Of a stretch of 62,391 bases of DNA, positions 17,396 to 28,211 are shown piece after piece. The position numbers and the translations under genes were made by a program. This stretch comes from a virus (lineage: Duplodnaviria; Caudoviricetes): positions 1 through 62,391 of IMG/VR virus record IMGVR_UViG_3300046004_001609; one strand, written 5' to 3'. The notes under the pieces are model-generated. The model worked only from the letters and a program-made list of their open reading frames with translations. It had not been told where the DNA came from and ran no database searches. The stretch's first letter is position 1, and every line of letters starts with the position of its first letter.

Positions 17396-20052
17396 TGGCA
17401 TTAAAAAATATTATAATAACTGGATCAATAGGAACTTACCCTACTTTATCTTATGGACAAAAAATGTACGTTTCATCAACAGATGAAGAATCATTTCCAA
17501 TAGAAGAGGTAATAGGAAGTAATGGAGGTTCAATGCCTAATTTATTTGGTCAAACATCATCATTAGATTTATATGTAAATATAGATCAAAAATGGTCTGG
17601 ATACAATGATACACAAGTTGGGTTAGTAGCATACACACAATCATTTCAAAGTGAATTTATAAATGGAGAACTTAGTGGATCAGTATTAACTGTTTCTAAT
17701 GGAAATTTAAACGACCCATATTGCCAAGAAATACTAAAAGTTAGCACAGTAAACATAAATTATGACATATTTATTTATAACTCGTTATATAATGTAAATA
17801 ATTCAGCCCCAGGTCTAAAAGACGAAAATTTTATAAACTCAGTTGTTGCTCCAAATAATGGAGAAATATTTATATTAAACTCAGCAGTTGGAACTGCAAT
17901 CCCTAACTCAATAACCGGATATTATGACACATCAAATTTACTTACTTATATCAAAATTAGTAGATTTGATAAACAAGGCAACGATAATACCTTATCATTA
18001 CAAGAATTAACTAAATTAACAGTTAAATTCACAGATATTGGGATTATTGATTTACCATTATTTACAATATCAGAATATCCAACATATTATCTTTATACAA
18101 CATATTATTCAACGGGTATGGGATATGTACTTCCCCCAACTGTATTTTACCCATTTAATACAGTAGATAATAATATTAAAACACACCAATTTAAAGCATC
18201 CGCCGGAGTATATTATATTCCCCCATATTCTACATATAATGGGAATACACTATTTGCATCTATTGATAATAATTCATGTTTTAATCCAATAACTGGATTA
18301 TATACTTTTAATGATACTCCTAATATAGAAATATATTATACAGCATCATTTAAAGCAGTCAATTCATTTATTGGTTCTATGATAATATATGGTGACACTT
18401 CATCATTAACACCACCAATCTCTTTTATTTCTGGATTAGATTATACGATTACTGGTTCACTCTTTCCAATAGAAAATCAACAATATACATTTAAAATAAA
18501 TAATGCCGGGGGTACTGGAGCTAATATTACTAATATATCCTTCGAACTTACTCAATCTGTATCTTTTAATTCCTCATCAAATTTAACAGTTTTAGAACCA
18601 TATCTAACCCAGAATTTTGAATATAATGATTGTAATGCATTATATGGTAATGCTTTAAATTTAGAATATGATAGTAATTTTTATCAAGTAAACTACGAAG
18701 GAACGACAGTACCTACAAATCAACAACAAATAATAAGTGGAACGGCTGAATTATCTTCTGTAAAATCATACAATTACACAGCAGCAAGTCAAGTTCTCCC
18801 AAGATACAAAGGAAGTAGATTAACATCTGATGCATATAATACTAGTTTAGTAGTCACAGCCTCACTAATTCAGTCTTCATATCCACAATATTTAAACGCC
18901 AAATCATATGGTTACATTCCTATTAATACTTACGATACTGTAATTTTTGAATTTAATGGAGGAAATCCAACAGTTGAAGTATCTAAAACAAGTAGAGTAG
19001 ACATATCTAATATACTAAATATAGATAATACAGCATCTGTTTCTACTATATATTCTTCAGACTCAGCTTTTAGTGAAATAATTGAAGAAAAATTACAATT
19101 AAAAACTACTCCTATTATAACTCAATATACTACTAATGAAATTATAGTTCCAGCAGATATTAAAGTAGTTACAAATGACATTTCTCCAACACCTGTATTC
19201 ATGAATACTAGTTACCCTCAAGATTGGACATATATCTCTGGCTCACAACAAGATAATAGCAATCAATTTTTAGTAACTGGTTCTTATTATAAAATAAATA
19301 ATTATATCCCAGGTGATGATTTTGAAAAAATAGCATGGGTTACAGAAGGAACAATTAATACGGATGGTTGTATATTTTTAATTCCATTGTGGTATTCACA
19401 ATCATATGTAAATACAAATTATTCATGGAGTTTTGGCTCTAATTTAAGTAAAATAGTAGGAGAAACATATGGGTTTGCTATTGGTAATAATCCAAATCAA
19501 GTAAATTTATTTGAAAGATCATGGTATGTCTATAAAGATCCAAATGGAGATTATTCCCCTAAGGGTTCAGTAACCACACAAGTTATTAGTCAATCAATAA
19601 CTGATGGAATAAATAAAGGGGAAAGATGGTTTATTACATTATTTAATGATCCATTTAAAGCTCCAATTAATACAAGTAATATAAATCTACTAATGAATAC
19701 ATTTACTGGAAGTTCAGACGATGTAAACTATCCATTAGCTTATAGTTCGGCGTATGAAATATCAACACTTAATACATCAAGTAATATACTTATATTCCAA
19801 TTTAACCCCCCAGTTGATGCATATGCTCCTATAGGAAATCTTTTCCAAGGCCCTCCGGGTTCTATATATGGAGGATTAAATAACCGCTTTGGTTTATTAA
19901 TATGGAAATCCCCAGCTATTACAAATACTATATTATTTAATGGTACTAATTTAGTAAATTTAGGATTAGGAAATATTATAACAAATGATTCATCACCAAC
20001 AATTAAAAATAATTTAAATTTAATTTCAAAAACATTTGGCTCAAAGCCATAA
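17395..20052 (+). CDS. Large beta-rich tail/baseplate protein
   Basis: 885 aa, S/T/N/Y-rich; structural block. Confidence 0.7.
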   Translation: MALKNIIITGSIGTYPTLSYGQKMYVSSTDEESFPIEEVIGSNGGSMPNLFGQTSSLDLYVNIDQKWSGYNDTQVGLVAYTQSFQSEFINGELSGSVLTVSNGNLNDPYCQEILKVSTVNINYDIFIYNSLYNVNNSAPGLKDENFINSVVAPNNGEIFILNSAVGTAIPNSITGYYDTSNLLTYIKISRFDKQGNDNTLSLQELTKLTVKFTDIGIIDLPLFTISEYPTYYLYTTYYSTGMGYVLPPTVFYPFNTVDNNIKTHQFKASAGVYYIPPYSTYNGNTLFASIDNNSCFNPITGLYTFNDTPNIEIYYTASFKAVNSFIGSMIIYGDTSSLTPPISFISGLDYTITGSLFPIENQQYTFKINNAGGTGANITNISFELTQSVSFNSSSNLTVLEPYLTQNFEYNDCNALYGNALNLEYDSNFYQVNYEGTTVPTNQQQIISGTAELSSVKSYNYTAASQVLPRYKGSRLTSDAYNTSLVVTASLIQSSYPQYLNAKSYGYIPINTYDTVIFEFNGGNPTVEVSKTSRVDISNILNIDNTASVSTIYSSDSAFSEIIEEKLQLKTTPIITQYTTNEIIVPADIKVVTNDISPTPVFMNTSYPQDWTYISGSQQDNSNQFLVTGSYYKINNYIPGDDFEKIAWVTEGTINTDGCIFLIPLWYSQSYVNTNYSWSFGSNLSKIVGETYGFAIGNNPNQVNLFERSWYVYKDPNGDYSPKGSVTTQVISQSITDGINKGERWFITLFNDPFKAPINTSNINLLMNTFTGSSDDVNYPLAYSSAYEISTLNTSSNILIFQFNPPVDAYAPIGNLFQGPPGSIYGGLNNRFGLLIWKSPAITNTILFNGTNLVNLGLGNIITNDSSPTIKNNLNLISKTFGSKP

Positions 20053-20084
20053 ATTCATTATATTTATAATAAAAATTAATAAAA

Positions 20085-20741
20085 ATGGGATATTTAAATA
20101 ATAGCGTCGTAACAGTAGATGCAATTTTAACAACAAAAGGAAGACAATTATTAGCACAAAATAATGGTTCATTCAAAATTACTCAATTTGCATTAGCAGA
20201 CGATGAAGTAAATTATACATTGTATAATCCAAATCACCCATCAGGTTCTGCGTATTATGGTGAAGCCATTGTTAACATGCCATTATTGGAAGCATTTCCT
20301 CAAGAAACACAAATTATGAAATATAAATTAGTTACGTTACCTAGGGGAACAGCTAAAATGCCTATTTTAAATTTAGGTTACTCATCAATCGTAATTAAAC
20401 AAGGTGCTTCATTAGCTATTACTCCTCAAACATTAAATTATTTTGGTGGTAATACTTACGAAACAGCTGGTTATACAGCAACTATTTCTGATGTACGTTT
20501 ATGTAATACATTTGAAGGTATAGGTATTAATACCCCAGCAGCTTTAGCGTTAAATTCAACAACTACATTAGGTACAAGTGTTTCTAAAACAGTTGTTGGA
20601 ACTACTATTAATATTAGAGCAACAACATTAAACACGTTGTTTGGTTCTACTGCTACTACATTGCAAGCTACATTAACTGTAGAAGGTAGAGATAGTGGAG
20701 CTAGAATTACAATCCCAGTAACTGTAACTAAAATATCATAA
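20085..20741 (+). CDS. Virion structural protein (tail-collar fibre N-terminus-like)
   Basis: ILTTKGRQLLAQ...FKITQFALADD resembles the DUF3751 N-terminus. Confidence 0.65.
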   Translation: MGYLNNSVVTVDAILTTKGRQLLAQNNGSFKITQFALADDEVNYTLYNPNHPSGSAYYGEAIVNMPLLEAFPQETQIMKYKLVTLPRGTAKMPILNLGYSSIVIKQGASLAITPQTLNYFGGNTYETAGYTATISDVRLCNTFEGIGINTPAALALNSTTTLGTSVSKTVVGTTINIRATTLNTLFGSTATTLQATLTVEGRDSGARITIPVTVTKIS

Positions 20742-20757
20742 ATTAAAAATATAAAAC

Positions 20758-21765
20758 ATGTCATTTAACCGTTTAGCACCTGAAGATTTTGTAGTAAGTT
20801 CTGACTCAATTACGTCTACATTATGGACTGGAGGATTAACATCTTTAACTACTTTCAATACTTCATCAACACAAGAAGCAGGATCTTCTGGAAATTTTTA
20901 TTTAAATATTTACCAAACCGCTTCTACAAATCCTTTAGCAGAAGTACAATTCGCTATAGCATATGGCAATCAGGCAGGTAGTGGAAGTTCATGGTATAAT
21001 GCTTCTGTTCCGGGAATGTCACCAACTAAGACAACTTATGGTCAATACCAAGTTTTAGTATTAGGAGATGAAAACTCAGGATTTATATTTGGAGGTATTT
21101 CATCTTCAGATTTTTGGGTTTTGTCAATAGACAGAACTCGATATAAACAAAGTATACTACCAGGATCAATGGCATTAGTATTATCAGGAAGTACAGGTAA
21201 AATTACTTTAACAGATGATAGTCAAGTGGCCTCGTCAGTTATATTTAATGATGCAGGTAGAATATTTCAATTAGTTAGTGGTTCTCAAGGAACAGTTAAC
21301 ACCACAAATCCAAATGGATATAGTTCAACTCAAGGATCTTATGGGTGGTTATTGCCAGATATTGGAACTATTATTTTAAACCCAAATGCATTAAACCAAA
21401 CAATAGGTTTAGCATCTAATCCAACATCAAATTCTGACGGTCTAAATTATCAAATAATGTTTAACGCTATTAATGGTACAGGAGCTAAATCATTTTTTCT
21501 AAATAGCCAAGAAACAATATCCTCAGATTATATTTTTGTTAGAGCTAGAAATGCTGAATTTAACTACTCAGAAAACCCAAGTTTTATCTCAGGGAGTACT
21601 GGTGAAGTATTATTTAGTTCATTTGTAAATAATCCACAAACCTATCCTACAACAGTTGGATTATACAATGATACAAATGAATTGTTAGCAGTTGCTAAAC
21701 TTTCAAGACCATTATTAAAAGATTTCACAAAAGAAGCATTAGTACGAGTTAAATTAGATTTTTAA
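20758..21765 (+). CDS. Virion structural protein
   Basis: C-terminal TTVGLYNDTNELLAVAKLSRP; paralogous to the next gene. Confidence 0.7.
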   Translation: MSFNRLAPEDFVVSSDSITSTLWTGGLTSLTTFNTSSTQEAGSSGNFYLNIYQTASTNPLAEVQFAIAYGNQAGSGSSWYNASVPGMSPTKTTYGQYQVLVLGDENSGFIFGGISSSDFWVLSIDRTRYKQSILPGSMALVLSGSTGKITLTDDSQVASSVIFNDAGRIFQLVSGSQGTVNTTNPNGYSSTQGSYGWLLPDIGTIILNPNALNQTIGLASNPTSNSDGLNYQIMFNAINGTGAKSFFLNSQETISSDYIFVRARNAEFNYSENPSFISGSTGEVLFSSFVNNPQTYPTTVGLYNDTNELLAVAKLSRPLLKDFTKEALVRVKLDF

Positions 21766-21770
21766 AATGA

Positions 21771-22679
21771 ATGGGTGCTTACAAACAATTTCTTGCTTCG
21801 GACATAATAATTACTCCGTTTGAAGTAAATAAAGGATTTACATTCCATGGAGCTGAATTACATAACCCAAATGTATCAATAGATAGATTTTTAGGAACGA
21901 ATATTGTATCCCCAATATTTGATCCTTTATCTGATCCTACAACTGGTCAAATGTCAACTCAATACCAACGATTGGTATATAGTTCAATACAAGAACTTTA
22001 CTATTCTAATTATTTGAGTTCAAGCTATGGAGATATAGTCAACATGCCTGTTCTAATCCCAGGATTTGACCCCTCAGGAGATAGATTAATAGGATCATCA
22101 AGTAACCCATCTTATGACAATTATCTACAAACTACACTTTCATACCCTAAATTTTTCCCCTCAGCATCTAGCTCAATAATAGGAGTAATATCTATTCCAG
22201 TTAGATTATTTGGCGATTATATTCAACCAAATTCATTTAAATTTAATACCCCGTCAGGTAGTTTAACAGATGATGGTGAAGGAAATATCCTTAATGGAGT
22301 TGGAGCTATAGTAGGAAATATATTTTACCCCCACGGTTTAATTACTATTACATCTGAATCAAATTACATCATAAATGATTTTGTAACTTCTTCATTTGTA
22401 ACTTGCTCATTTTCAAGTTCATACATAATACAAGAAACACAATATAAAGCAACTATCAGAGAAAATGAATTTAGTTTTACATTAAACCCAAGCTCAATCT
22501 CAGGTAGTACTGAAGGTACATTATATGGGTTTGTAACTGAATCATATTTTTCACCTTACATTACAACAGTAGGTTTATATGATGAAGCACAAAATTTATT
22601 AGCAATAGGTAAATTAGCTCAACCATTACCATCATCACCAACAACAGATACAACTATATTAATTAATCTAGATAGATAA
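21771..22679 (+). CDS. Virion structural protein, paralogue of 20758
   Basis: C-terminal TTVGLYDEAQNLLAIGKLAQP; shared LTDD motif. Confidence 0.7.
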   Translation: MGAYKQFLASDIIITPFEVNKGFTFHGAELHNPNVSIDRFLGTNIVSPIFDPLSDPTTGQMSTQYQRLVYSSIQELYYSNYLSSSYGDIVNMPVLIPGFDPSGDRLIGSSSNPSYDNYLQTTLSYPKFFPSASSSIIGVISIPVRLFGDYIQPNSFKFNTPSGSLTDDGEGNILNGVGAIVGNIFYPHGLITITSESNYIINDFVTSSFVTCSFSSSYIIQETQYKATIRENEFSFTLNPSSISGSTEGTLYGFVTESYFSPYITTVGLYDEAQNLLAIGKLAQPLPSSPTTDTTILINLDR

Positions 22680-22684
22680 AAATT

Positions 22685-23131
22685 ATGAATAATTGGTTAT
22701 ATGAAAATAAAGTTATAGAAAAAATTGAAGATTTCCCTGAAAATACATTTGGATTTGTTTATAGGATAACAAACCTAACAAACGACAAATTTTACATAGG
22801 TAAAAAACAATTGCTATCTCAAACTAATGTTAAATTAGGTAAAAAAGAAATAGCAGCACTCCCAACTCAACGTGGTAGAACTCCATCTAAAAAATTAGTA
22901 GTTAAAGAATCTAATTGGCAAGAATATTGGGGTAGTTGTAAACCACTACATGAGGATCTTAAAAAATTAGGAGCGGACCATTTTAAAAGAGAAATATTAA
23001 TGATATGTAAATCAAAAAAATTACTTACATATTACGAAGCGGCATTTCAAATTAAAGAAAATGTATTGTTAAATGAAAATTATAACGATACAATTCTGGG
23101 TCATTACTATAGAAAAGACTTCCTATCTTAA
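22685..23131 (+). CDS. GIY-YIG family endonuclease
   Basis: GFVYRITNLTNDKFYIGKK...YWGS...FKREIL...YN. Confidence 0.85.
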   Translation: MNNWLYENKVIEKIEDFPENTFGFVYRITNLTNDKFYIGKKQLLSQTNVKLGKKEIAALPTQRGRTPSKKLVVKESNWQEYWGSCKPLHEDLKKLGADHFKREILMICKSKKLLTYYEAAFQIKENVLLNENYNDTILGHYYRKDFLS

Positions 23132-23133
23132 AT

Positions 23134-23162
23134 TAGGATTCCTTAATTTAATTTTGTATATT
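23134..23162 (+). promoter_or_regulatory. TAGG-N19-TATATT promoter
   Basis: One-mismatch variant with exact spacing, before the primase gene. Confidence 0.55.
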
Positions 23163-23177
23163 CATGATTAATAAATT

Positions 23178-24113
23178 ATGGATAATTCTTCATTAACATA
23201 TTTGATTGATTCTATTTTAGGACATGGTAAATCATCTTCTAAAGGAAATAAAGCGTACCACTGCCCTGAATGTAAGCACCATAAATTAAAATTAGAAGTA
23301 AATTTAGATCCCAATTCACCTCATTTTCAGTCATATAATTGTTGGACGTGTGGTTTTAAAGGTAAAAAGTTAACTACATTATTTAAGAAATTAGAAGTAG
23401 ATTTTGATAAAGTAGAGCAATTACGATTCTTAGTTAAATCATCATCTAAAGAATATACTGAACAAACTATTGTTAGTAAAAAAATAACTTTACCTAAAGA
23501 ATTTATTTCATTAGCGACTCCACCAAGTAATTTAATGGCTAAAAAGGCAATACATTATTTGACTACTCGTAATTTTACAGAAAACGATATAATTAAATAT
23601 AATATAGGATATTGTGAATTTGGTATTTACTCAAACATGATTATTATACCATCATATGATGCTGAAGGTAATTTAAATTATTTTATATCTAGAAATTTTA
23701 ATAAAAATTCAACAACAAAGTATAAAAATCCAGATGTGTCTAAAGATATAATTGGATTAGAATTATTTATAAATTGGAATATGCCTATTACATTATGTGA
23801 AGGTATGTTTGATGCTATAGCTATTAAAAGGAATGTTATTCCATTACTTGGAAAAACAATTCAAAACAATTTAATGAAAAAAATCATTAATTCAACAGTA
23901 CAAAAAATATACATTGCGTTAGATAAAGATGCAATGAAACAAGCTTTAAATTTTTGCGAGAATTTAATGAATGAAGGTAAAGAAGTTTATTTAGTTGACA
24001 TTGACGATAAAGATCCTAGTGATATGGGATTTGTTAAATTCACTAATCTAATTCAAAACACTTTACCTCTAACCTTCTCAAATTTACTTGAGAAAAAATT
24101 ACAAAGAATATGA
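23178..24113 (+). CDS. dnaG: DNA primase (Zn finger plus TOPRIM)
   Basis: CPEC...CWTC zinc site; CEGMFDA and ALDKDA TOPRIM motifs; KDPSD. Confidence 0.9.
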   Translation: MDNSSLTYLIDSILGHGKSSSKGNKAYHCPECKHHKLKLEVNLDPNSPHFQSYNCWTCGFKGKKLTTLFKKLEVDFDKVEQLRFLVKSSSKEYTEQTIVSKKITLPKEFISLATPPSNLMAKKAIHYLTTRNFTENDIIKYNIGYCEFGIYSNMIIIPSYDAEGNLNYFISRNFNKNSTTKYKNPDVSKDIIGLELFINWNMPITLCEGMFDAIAIKRNVIPLLGKTIQNNLMKKIINSTVQKIYIALDKDAMKQALNFCENLMNEGKEVYLVDIDDKDPSDMGFVKFTNLIQNTLPLTFSNLLEKKLQRI

Positions 24114-24904
24114 TAGAAAAAAATGTAAATGTCTTTAAGAAAAGCGTTAAACGCCTAGTAGAAGTAGATATGGAATCCAAAAGGGTCAATATCTTAGACA
24201 ACAGGTACTACACCAGAAACGGCAAGTACTACCCATCCGTTACCAGCATATTACAATACATGCCTAAAGGTAAATTTTTTGAAAACTGGTTAAAGGATGT
24301 AGGTCACAATGCTGACGTTATAGCACGAAAAGCAGCAGATGAAGGTACACAAGTACACGATGCTATTGAAAGATATCTTCAAGGTGAAAAAATATCACTA
24401 ATTAATGAAGAGGGATATTCAAAGTACAACTTAGATGTTTGGAAAATGATATTGAAATTCCATGAATTTTGGATAACATATAAACCAACATTGATTGAAA
24501 GTGAAATACATTTATTTTCAGAAATATATACATTTGCAGGTACGTGCGATTTAGTATTAGAGATTAATGGTGAAAAATGGTTATTAGATATTAAAACCTC
24601 AAATTCATTACACGCTAGTCAAGATTTTCAACTGTCTGCATATGCTCAGGCATGGAATGAATTATATGAAGAAAAAATTGATCGCATTGGTATACTATGG
24701 ATGAAATCATCTAAGCGCGGTGAAGATAAAAAAGGCGAAAAAATCCAAGGTAAAGGATGGGAAATACATGAACCAATTAAATCAATTGATGAAAATTTAA
24801 AAATATTTGAATATATACATGAGTTGTATAAGTTAGAGCATCCTAACCCAACTCCGAAGAGCAATGATTTCCCTACAGAAATCCAAATAGAACCAACTGT
24901 TTAA
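24110..24904 (+). CDS. PD-(D/E)xK exonuclease
   Basis: YPSVTSIL, GTQVH, AGTCDL, LDIKTS, QLSAY. Confidence 0.9.
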   Translation: MIEKNVNVFKKSVKRLVEVDMESKRVNILDNRYYTRNGKYYPSVTSILQYMPKGKFFENWLKDVGHNADVIARKAADEGTQVHDAIERYLQGEKISLINEEGYSKYNLDVWKMILKFHEFWITYKPTLIESEIHLFSEIYTFAGTCDLVLEINGEKWLLDIKTSNSLHASQDFQLSAYAQAWNELYEEKIDRIGILWMKSSKRGEDKKGEKIQGKGWEIHEPIKSIDENLKIFEYIHELYKLEHPNPTPKSNDFPTEIQIEPTV

Positions 24905-24927
24905 TATATTTATAGTAAATATTGGGA

Positions 24928-25842
24928 ATGGTATCTTTAATTCAGCTTTTAAAAGAAATAATTATTAATGAAGGTGGCAATGTATTTAAAAATACAGAGT
25001 ACGACACTCAAGATATACTATTAGCAAATATTGAACCCACAATTAAAAAATTTGTAGATGATTTAGGTAAATTATTTCCAAATAAAAGATCTACATTTTC
25101 TGAATTAACAAGTAAAAGTAATTGGTTAGGTTCAACTGGAAATAAACCACAATCAGGCGACGTAGATATAGCTTATTCATCAGAACATTTTTTTAAAAAT
25201 AAACAAGCCGATGTTGAAGGTTGGGGAATAGATAGAAACGAATATACCCAATTATACGAAAAAAGTAAAAAGGCGGCTCGCTCAGCAACTGATGATCAAA
25301 TTCAATTAAAATCATTAATTCAATTAATTGTTAAAAAAATTAATGCTAGTGGAGGAGATTTATATGCTAGCGATAAAGCATCAGGAGCAGGGTCTATACA
25401 TTTTTCTTATCCTCAATATGCTACTTCAGGAGAAAAATTAGATTCTAGATCCCAATTAGACATGGATATTGGAGATATGGATTGGTTAAAATTTAGATAT
25501 AATTCTGAATTACCAAAAGATGATCCAAATATTAAAGGTTTACATAGAGGGCAATTAATGTTAGCTATGTTTGCAGCTTTAGGATATACATTTAAAAGTG
25601 GTAGAGGATTTGTTCGTAAAGAAACAGGTGAAACTATTGCTGATAAACCTAAAGAAGCATTAGAAGTATTTAATAAAGAATATAATCCAAAACAATCATT
25701 AACTATGGATGTAGTTAACAATTATGTTAAATTAATGAGTTATATTAAAACTAATTTAAAACCTGAAGACCAAACTAAAACATTAGATATGTTTAAAGAG
25801 GCTGTAAGAAGAGCAGGAGCATATGTTCCTGACAATATTTAA
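24928..25842 (+). CDS. Pol-beta-superfamily nucleotidyltransferase-like protein
   Basis: LGSTG...SGDVDIA plus a third Asp (QLD); ATG 24928 preferred; leader ends IINE. Confidence 0.7.
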   Translation: MVSLIQLLKEIIINEGGNVFKNTEYDTQDILLANIEPTIKKFVDDLGKLFPNKRSTFSELTSKSNWLGSTGNKPQSGDVDIAYSSEHFFKNKQADVEGWGIDRNEYTQLYEKSKKAARSATDDQIQLKSLIQLIVKKINASGGDLYASDKASGAGSIHFSYPQYATSGEKLDSRSQLDMDIGDMDWLKFRYNSELPKDDPNIKGLHRGQLMLAMFAALGYTFKSGRGFVRKETGETIADKPKEALEVFNKEYNPKQSLTMDVVNNYVKLMSYIKTNLKPEDQTKTLDMFKEAVRRAGAYVPDNI

Positions 25843-25847
25843 TTACT

Positions 25848-28211
25848 ATGAGTGGAGCAGCAGGCGGATCACGTATAAATAAAGAGGATTTAAAAACAAC
25901 AATCCGTGACTATAGAGATAACATCTTAAAACCATTAGGACTAGATAAATCTTATAATATCACTGGTGTACGTTCTAGACCTGAAAAAGATATATTTGGG
26001 GATATAGACATTGTTGTATCGTTTCCTGAAGGTGATAAAAAAGAACTTAAGCAACAATTTGCTAGTTTCTTAACACAAAACGATAAAGTTCCAGTTATTC
26101 CGTCTAAAAATAAAAAATACTTTATACATGGTAATATTGTTTCTACATTATATCCTATAGCAAATAAAGAAGGAGAATATGTTCAAATTGACAATATAGT
26201 AACAGTTACTAAAGAAGAAGGTAAATTTGCTTTTCAAATGTTAGATTTACCCGCCCAAGAACAAACATTAGCTATAGGTTTAGTTAAAACAATATTTACT
26301 GAATTAGATGAAAAACAAGTAGAAAATTTATTTAATGATTTAGGTATTGCAAGTTCTGAAAAACCAGGTGAAGGTGAAGAATATGATTTTAATTTAAACC
26401 CAGCAGAATTAACTTTAAGGATTGTTCCTGTAGGTAAAAATGAGGGTAAACAAATATGGAAGTCAAATAGCTTTGAAGATGTTAAAAAAATATTACTATC
26501 ATTAGGTATTAATATTGAAAAAGATAAATTTGAAGATATTGTATCTAAAATTAAAAAATTTAAAAATAGAAGATCTATAGATCGCCTTAAAGGAATGTTT
26601 GCTAAAAATATACGTGTTGGCGATGCTGAAAAAGAAATTGAAAAAGGTATTAAAAAACAACAAGCATTAGATACAGTAGCTTCTTTAGAGGAAAAATATA
26701 ACCCATTAATAATGGGATTAATTAAACCATTTATTTTAGAAGATATTAATACACAACCTACTATAGCTATATTTCCAGGTAAATTTAAACCACCACATAA
26801 AGATCATTTAGCTCGTATACAAGCAGCGGCAGCCGATGCTGATGAAGTATATGTATTAGTTTCTCCAAAATCCTCAGAAGAAAAACCAAACCAAAAAACT
26901 ATAACTGCTCAACAAAGTGTAGCATTATTTGATTTATATCGTAAAAAAGGATTAATACCTAGTAATGTTAAAATATACATATCTGATAATTTACCTTTTA
27001 AAGGAGATAATGATGAACAACTATCATTTAATTCCCCAGTAAAATCAGCATATGAAATAATGGATAAAAAGGTTGGACCAAATTATATAGCTGTATTTGG
27101 AAAAGAAGAAGATTTAAAAAGATTTGGAAAAGTACCTAAAAACACAGTTGTTAAAAATTATGATGGCTCAGCAGGAAATTTGAGCGCTACAGATTTAAGA
27201 ATTGCTTTAAAAAATGATCAAGATGTTTCTCAATTTCTTCCTAAAGATATAGATACATCTGATATTTTAAAAGAACACTGTGGATGTGATGATTCATTAC
27301 CAACTACATTAAAGGATGCAATGTTATCATTGACTACATATATGATAGAAAATGATATGAATGTATTACCTTTACCTAAAATTAAAATAATAGACAACGA
27401 TTCTGAAAACGCTAATGGTATATTTGGTAAAACAGCATATTATAATCCAAATGAGTGTTCAATAACGTTATTTACATTGAACAGACATCCAAAAGATGTA
27501 TTGCGTTCATATTCTCACGAAATGATTCATCGTATTCAAGATAATGAAGGTAGATTAAAAAATATTAATACTACTAACACAAATGAAGATGATGAGTTAC
27601 TTGAATTAGAAAAAGAAGCTTATTTAAACGGAAATATTACCTTTAGAAATTGGGAAGATAATTTAAAAAATAATATAAATGAATGGATTGTTGATATCCC
27701 AAAATATAATTACACTCAAAAGCTTTCAAATAAAATTTTTTCTCAACTTTATGAATTAAAAGTAAATGAAATAACTCTTAATCCGAACAATGCTGTTGAA
27801 ATATATGGTGATTTAAATAATGGAGATTTTACTGTGGGGGAACATGATTATAATTATAGAATAATAAAATTGGATAAAAATCCATATAGTAGTAATTCAT
27901 TTTATAGTATTGATTTTCATGAAATTGGAAATAAAAATCCCAATCCTTCTTTACCAACAAAAAATGCTAGAGAAAATTATATAAAAATATTATCAACAAT
28001 ATATAAAATTATATTAGATTTTACTAAAGAAGAAAAACCAGAATATATAGGAATATCAAGTTTAGATGAAAGTGGATACGGAAATATTTACAATAACTTA
28101 ACCAAAACAAATAAACTTCCAGGGTATTCAAGAAAAGATGCAGGTTTAAATTTTACATCCAAATCAGGAGAAAAAGGAAAATTTATAGTACTAAAAAGAA
28201 CAGATGTATAA
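25848..28211 (+). CDS. Multidomain protein: NTase-like, HIGH-type cytidylyltransferase-like, HExxH zincin and C-terminal domain
   Basis: FGDIDIV...VQID; FPGKFKPPHKDH...SATDLR; SHEMIH...EKEAY. Confidence 0.75.
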   Translation: MSGAAGGSRINKEDLKTTIRDYRDNILKPLGLDKSYNITGVRSRPEKDIFGDIDIVVSFPEGDKKELKQQFASFLTQNDKVPVIPSKNKKYFIHGNIVSTLYPIANKEGEYVQIDNIVTVTKEEGKFAFQMLDLPAQEQTLAIGLVKTIFTELDEKQVENLFNDLGIASSEKPGEGEEYDFNLNPAELTLRIVPVGKNEGKQIWKSNSFEDVKKILLSLGINIEKDKFEDIVSKIKKFKNRRSIDRLKGMFAKNIRVGDAEKEIEKGIKKQQALDTVASLEEKYNPLIMGLIKPFILEDINTQPTIAIFPGKFKPPHKDHLARIQAAAADADEVYVLVSPKSSEEKPNQKTITAQQSVALFDLYRKKGLIPSNVKIYISDNLPFKGDNDEQLSFNSPVKSAYEIMDKKVGPNYIAVFGKEEDLKRFGKVPKNTVVKNYDGSAGNLSATDLRIALKNDQDVSQFLPKDIDTSDILKEHCGCDDSLPTTLKDAMLSLTTYMIENDMNVLPLPKIKIIDNDSENANGIFGKTAYYNPNECSITLFTLNRHPKDVLRSYSHEMIHRIQDNEGRLKNINTTNTNEDDELLELEKEAYLNGNITFRNWEDNLKNNINEWIVDIPKYNYTQKLSNKIFSQLYELKVNEITLNPNNAVEIYGDLNNGDFTVGEHDYNYRIIKLDKNPYSSNSFYSIDFHEIGNKNPNPSLPTKNARENYIKILSTIYKIILDFTKEEKPEYIGISSLDESGYGNIYNNLTKTNKLPGYSRKDAGLNFTSKSGEKGKFIVLKRTDV

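Noticed and set aside
24110-24904. Cas4
   Set aside because: It lacks the four Fe-S cysteines and sits with the primase, so it is an ordinary phage exonuclease.
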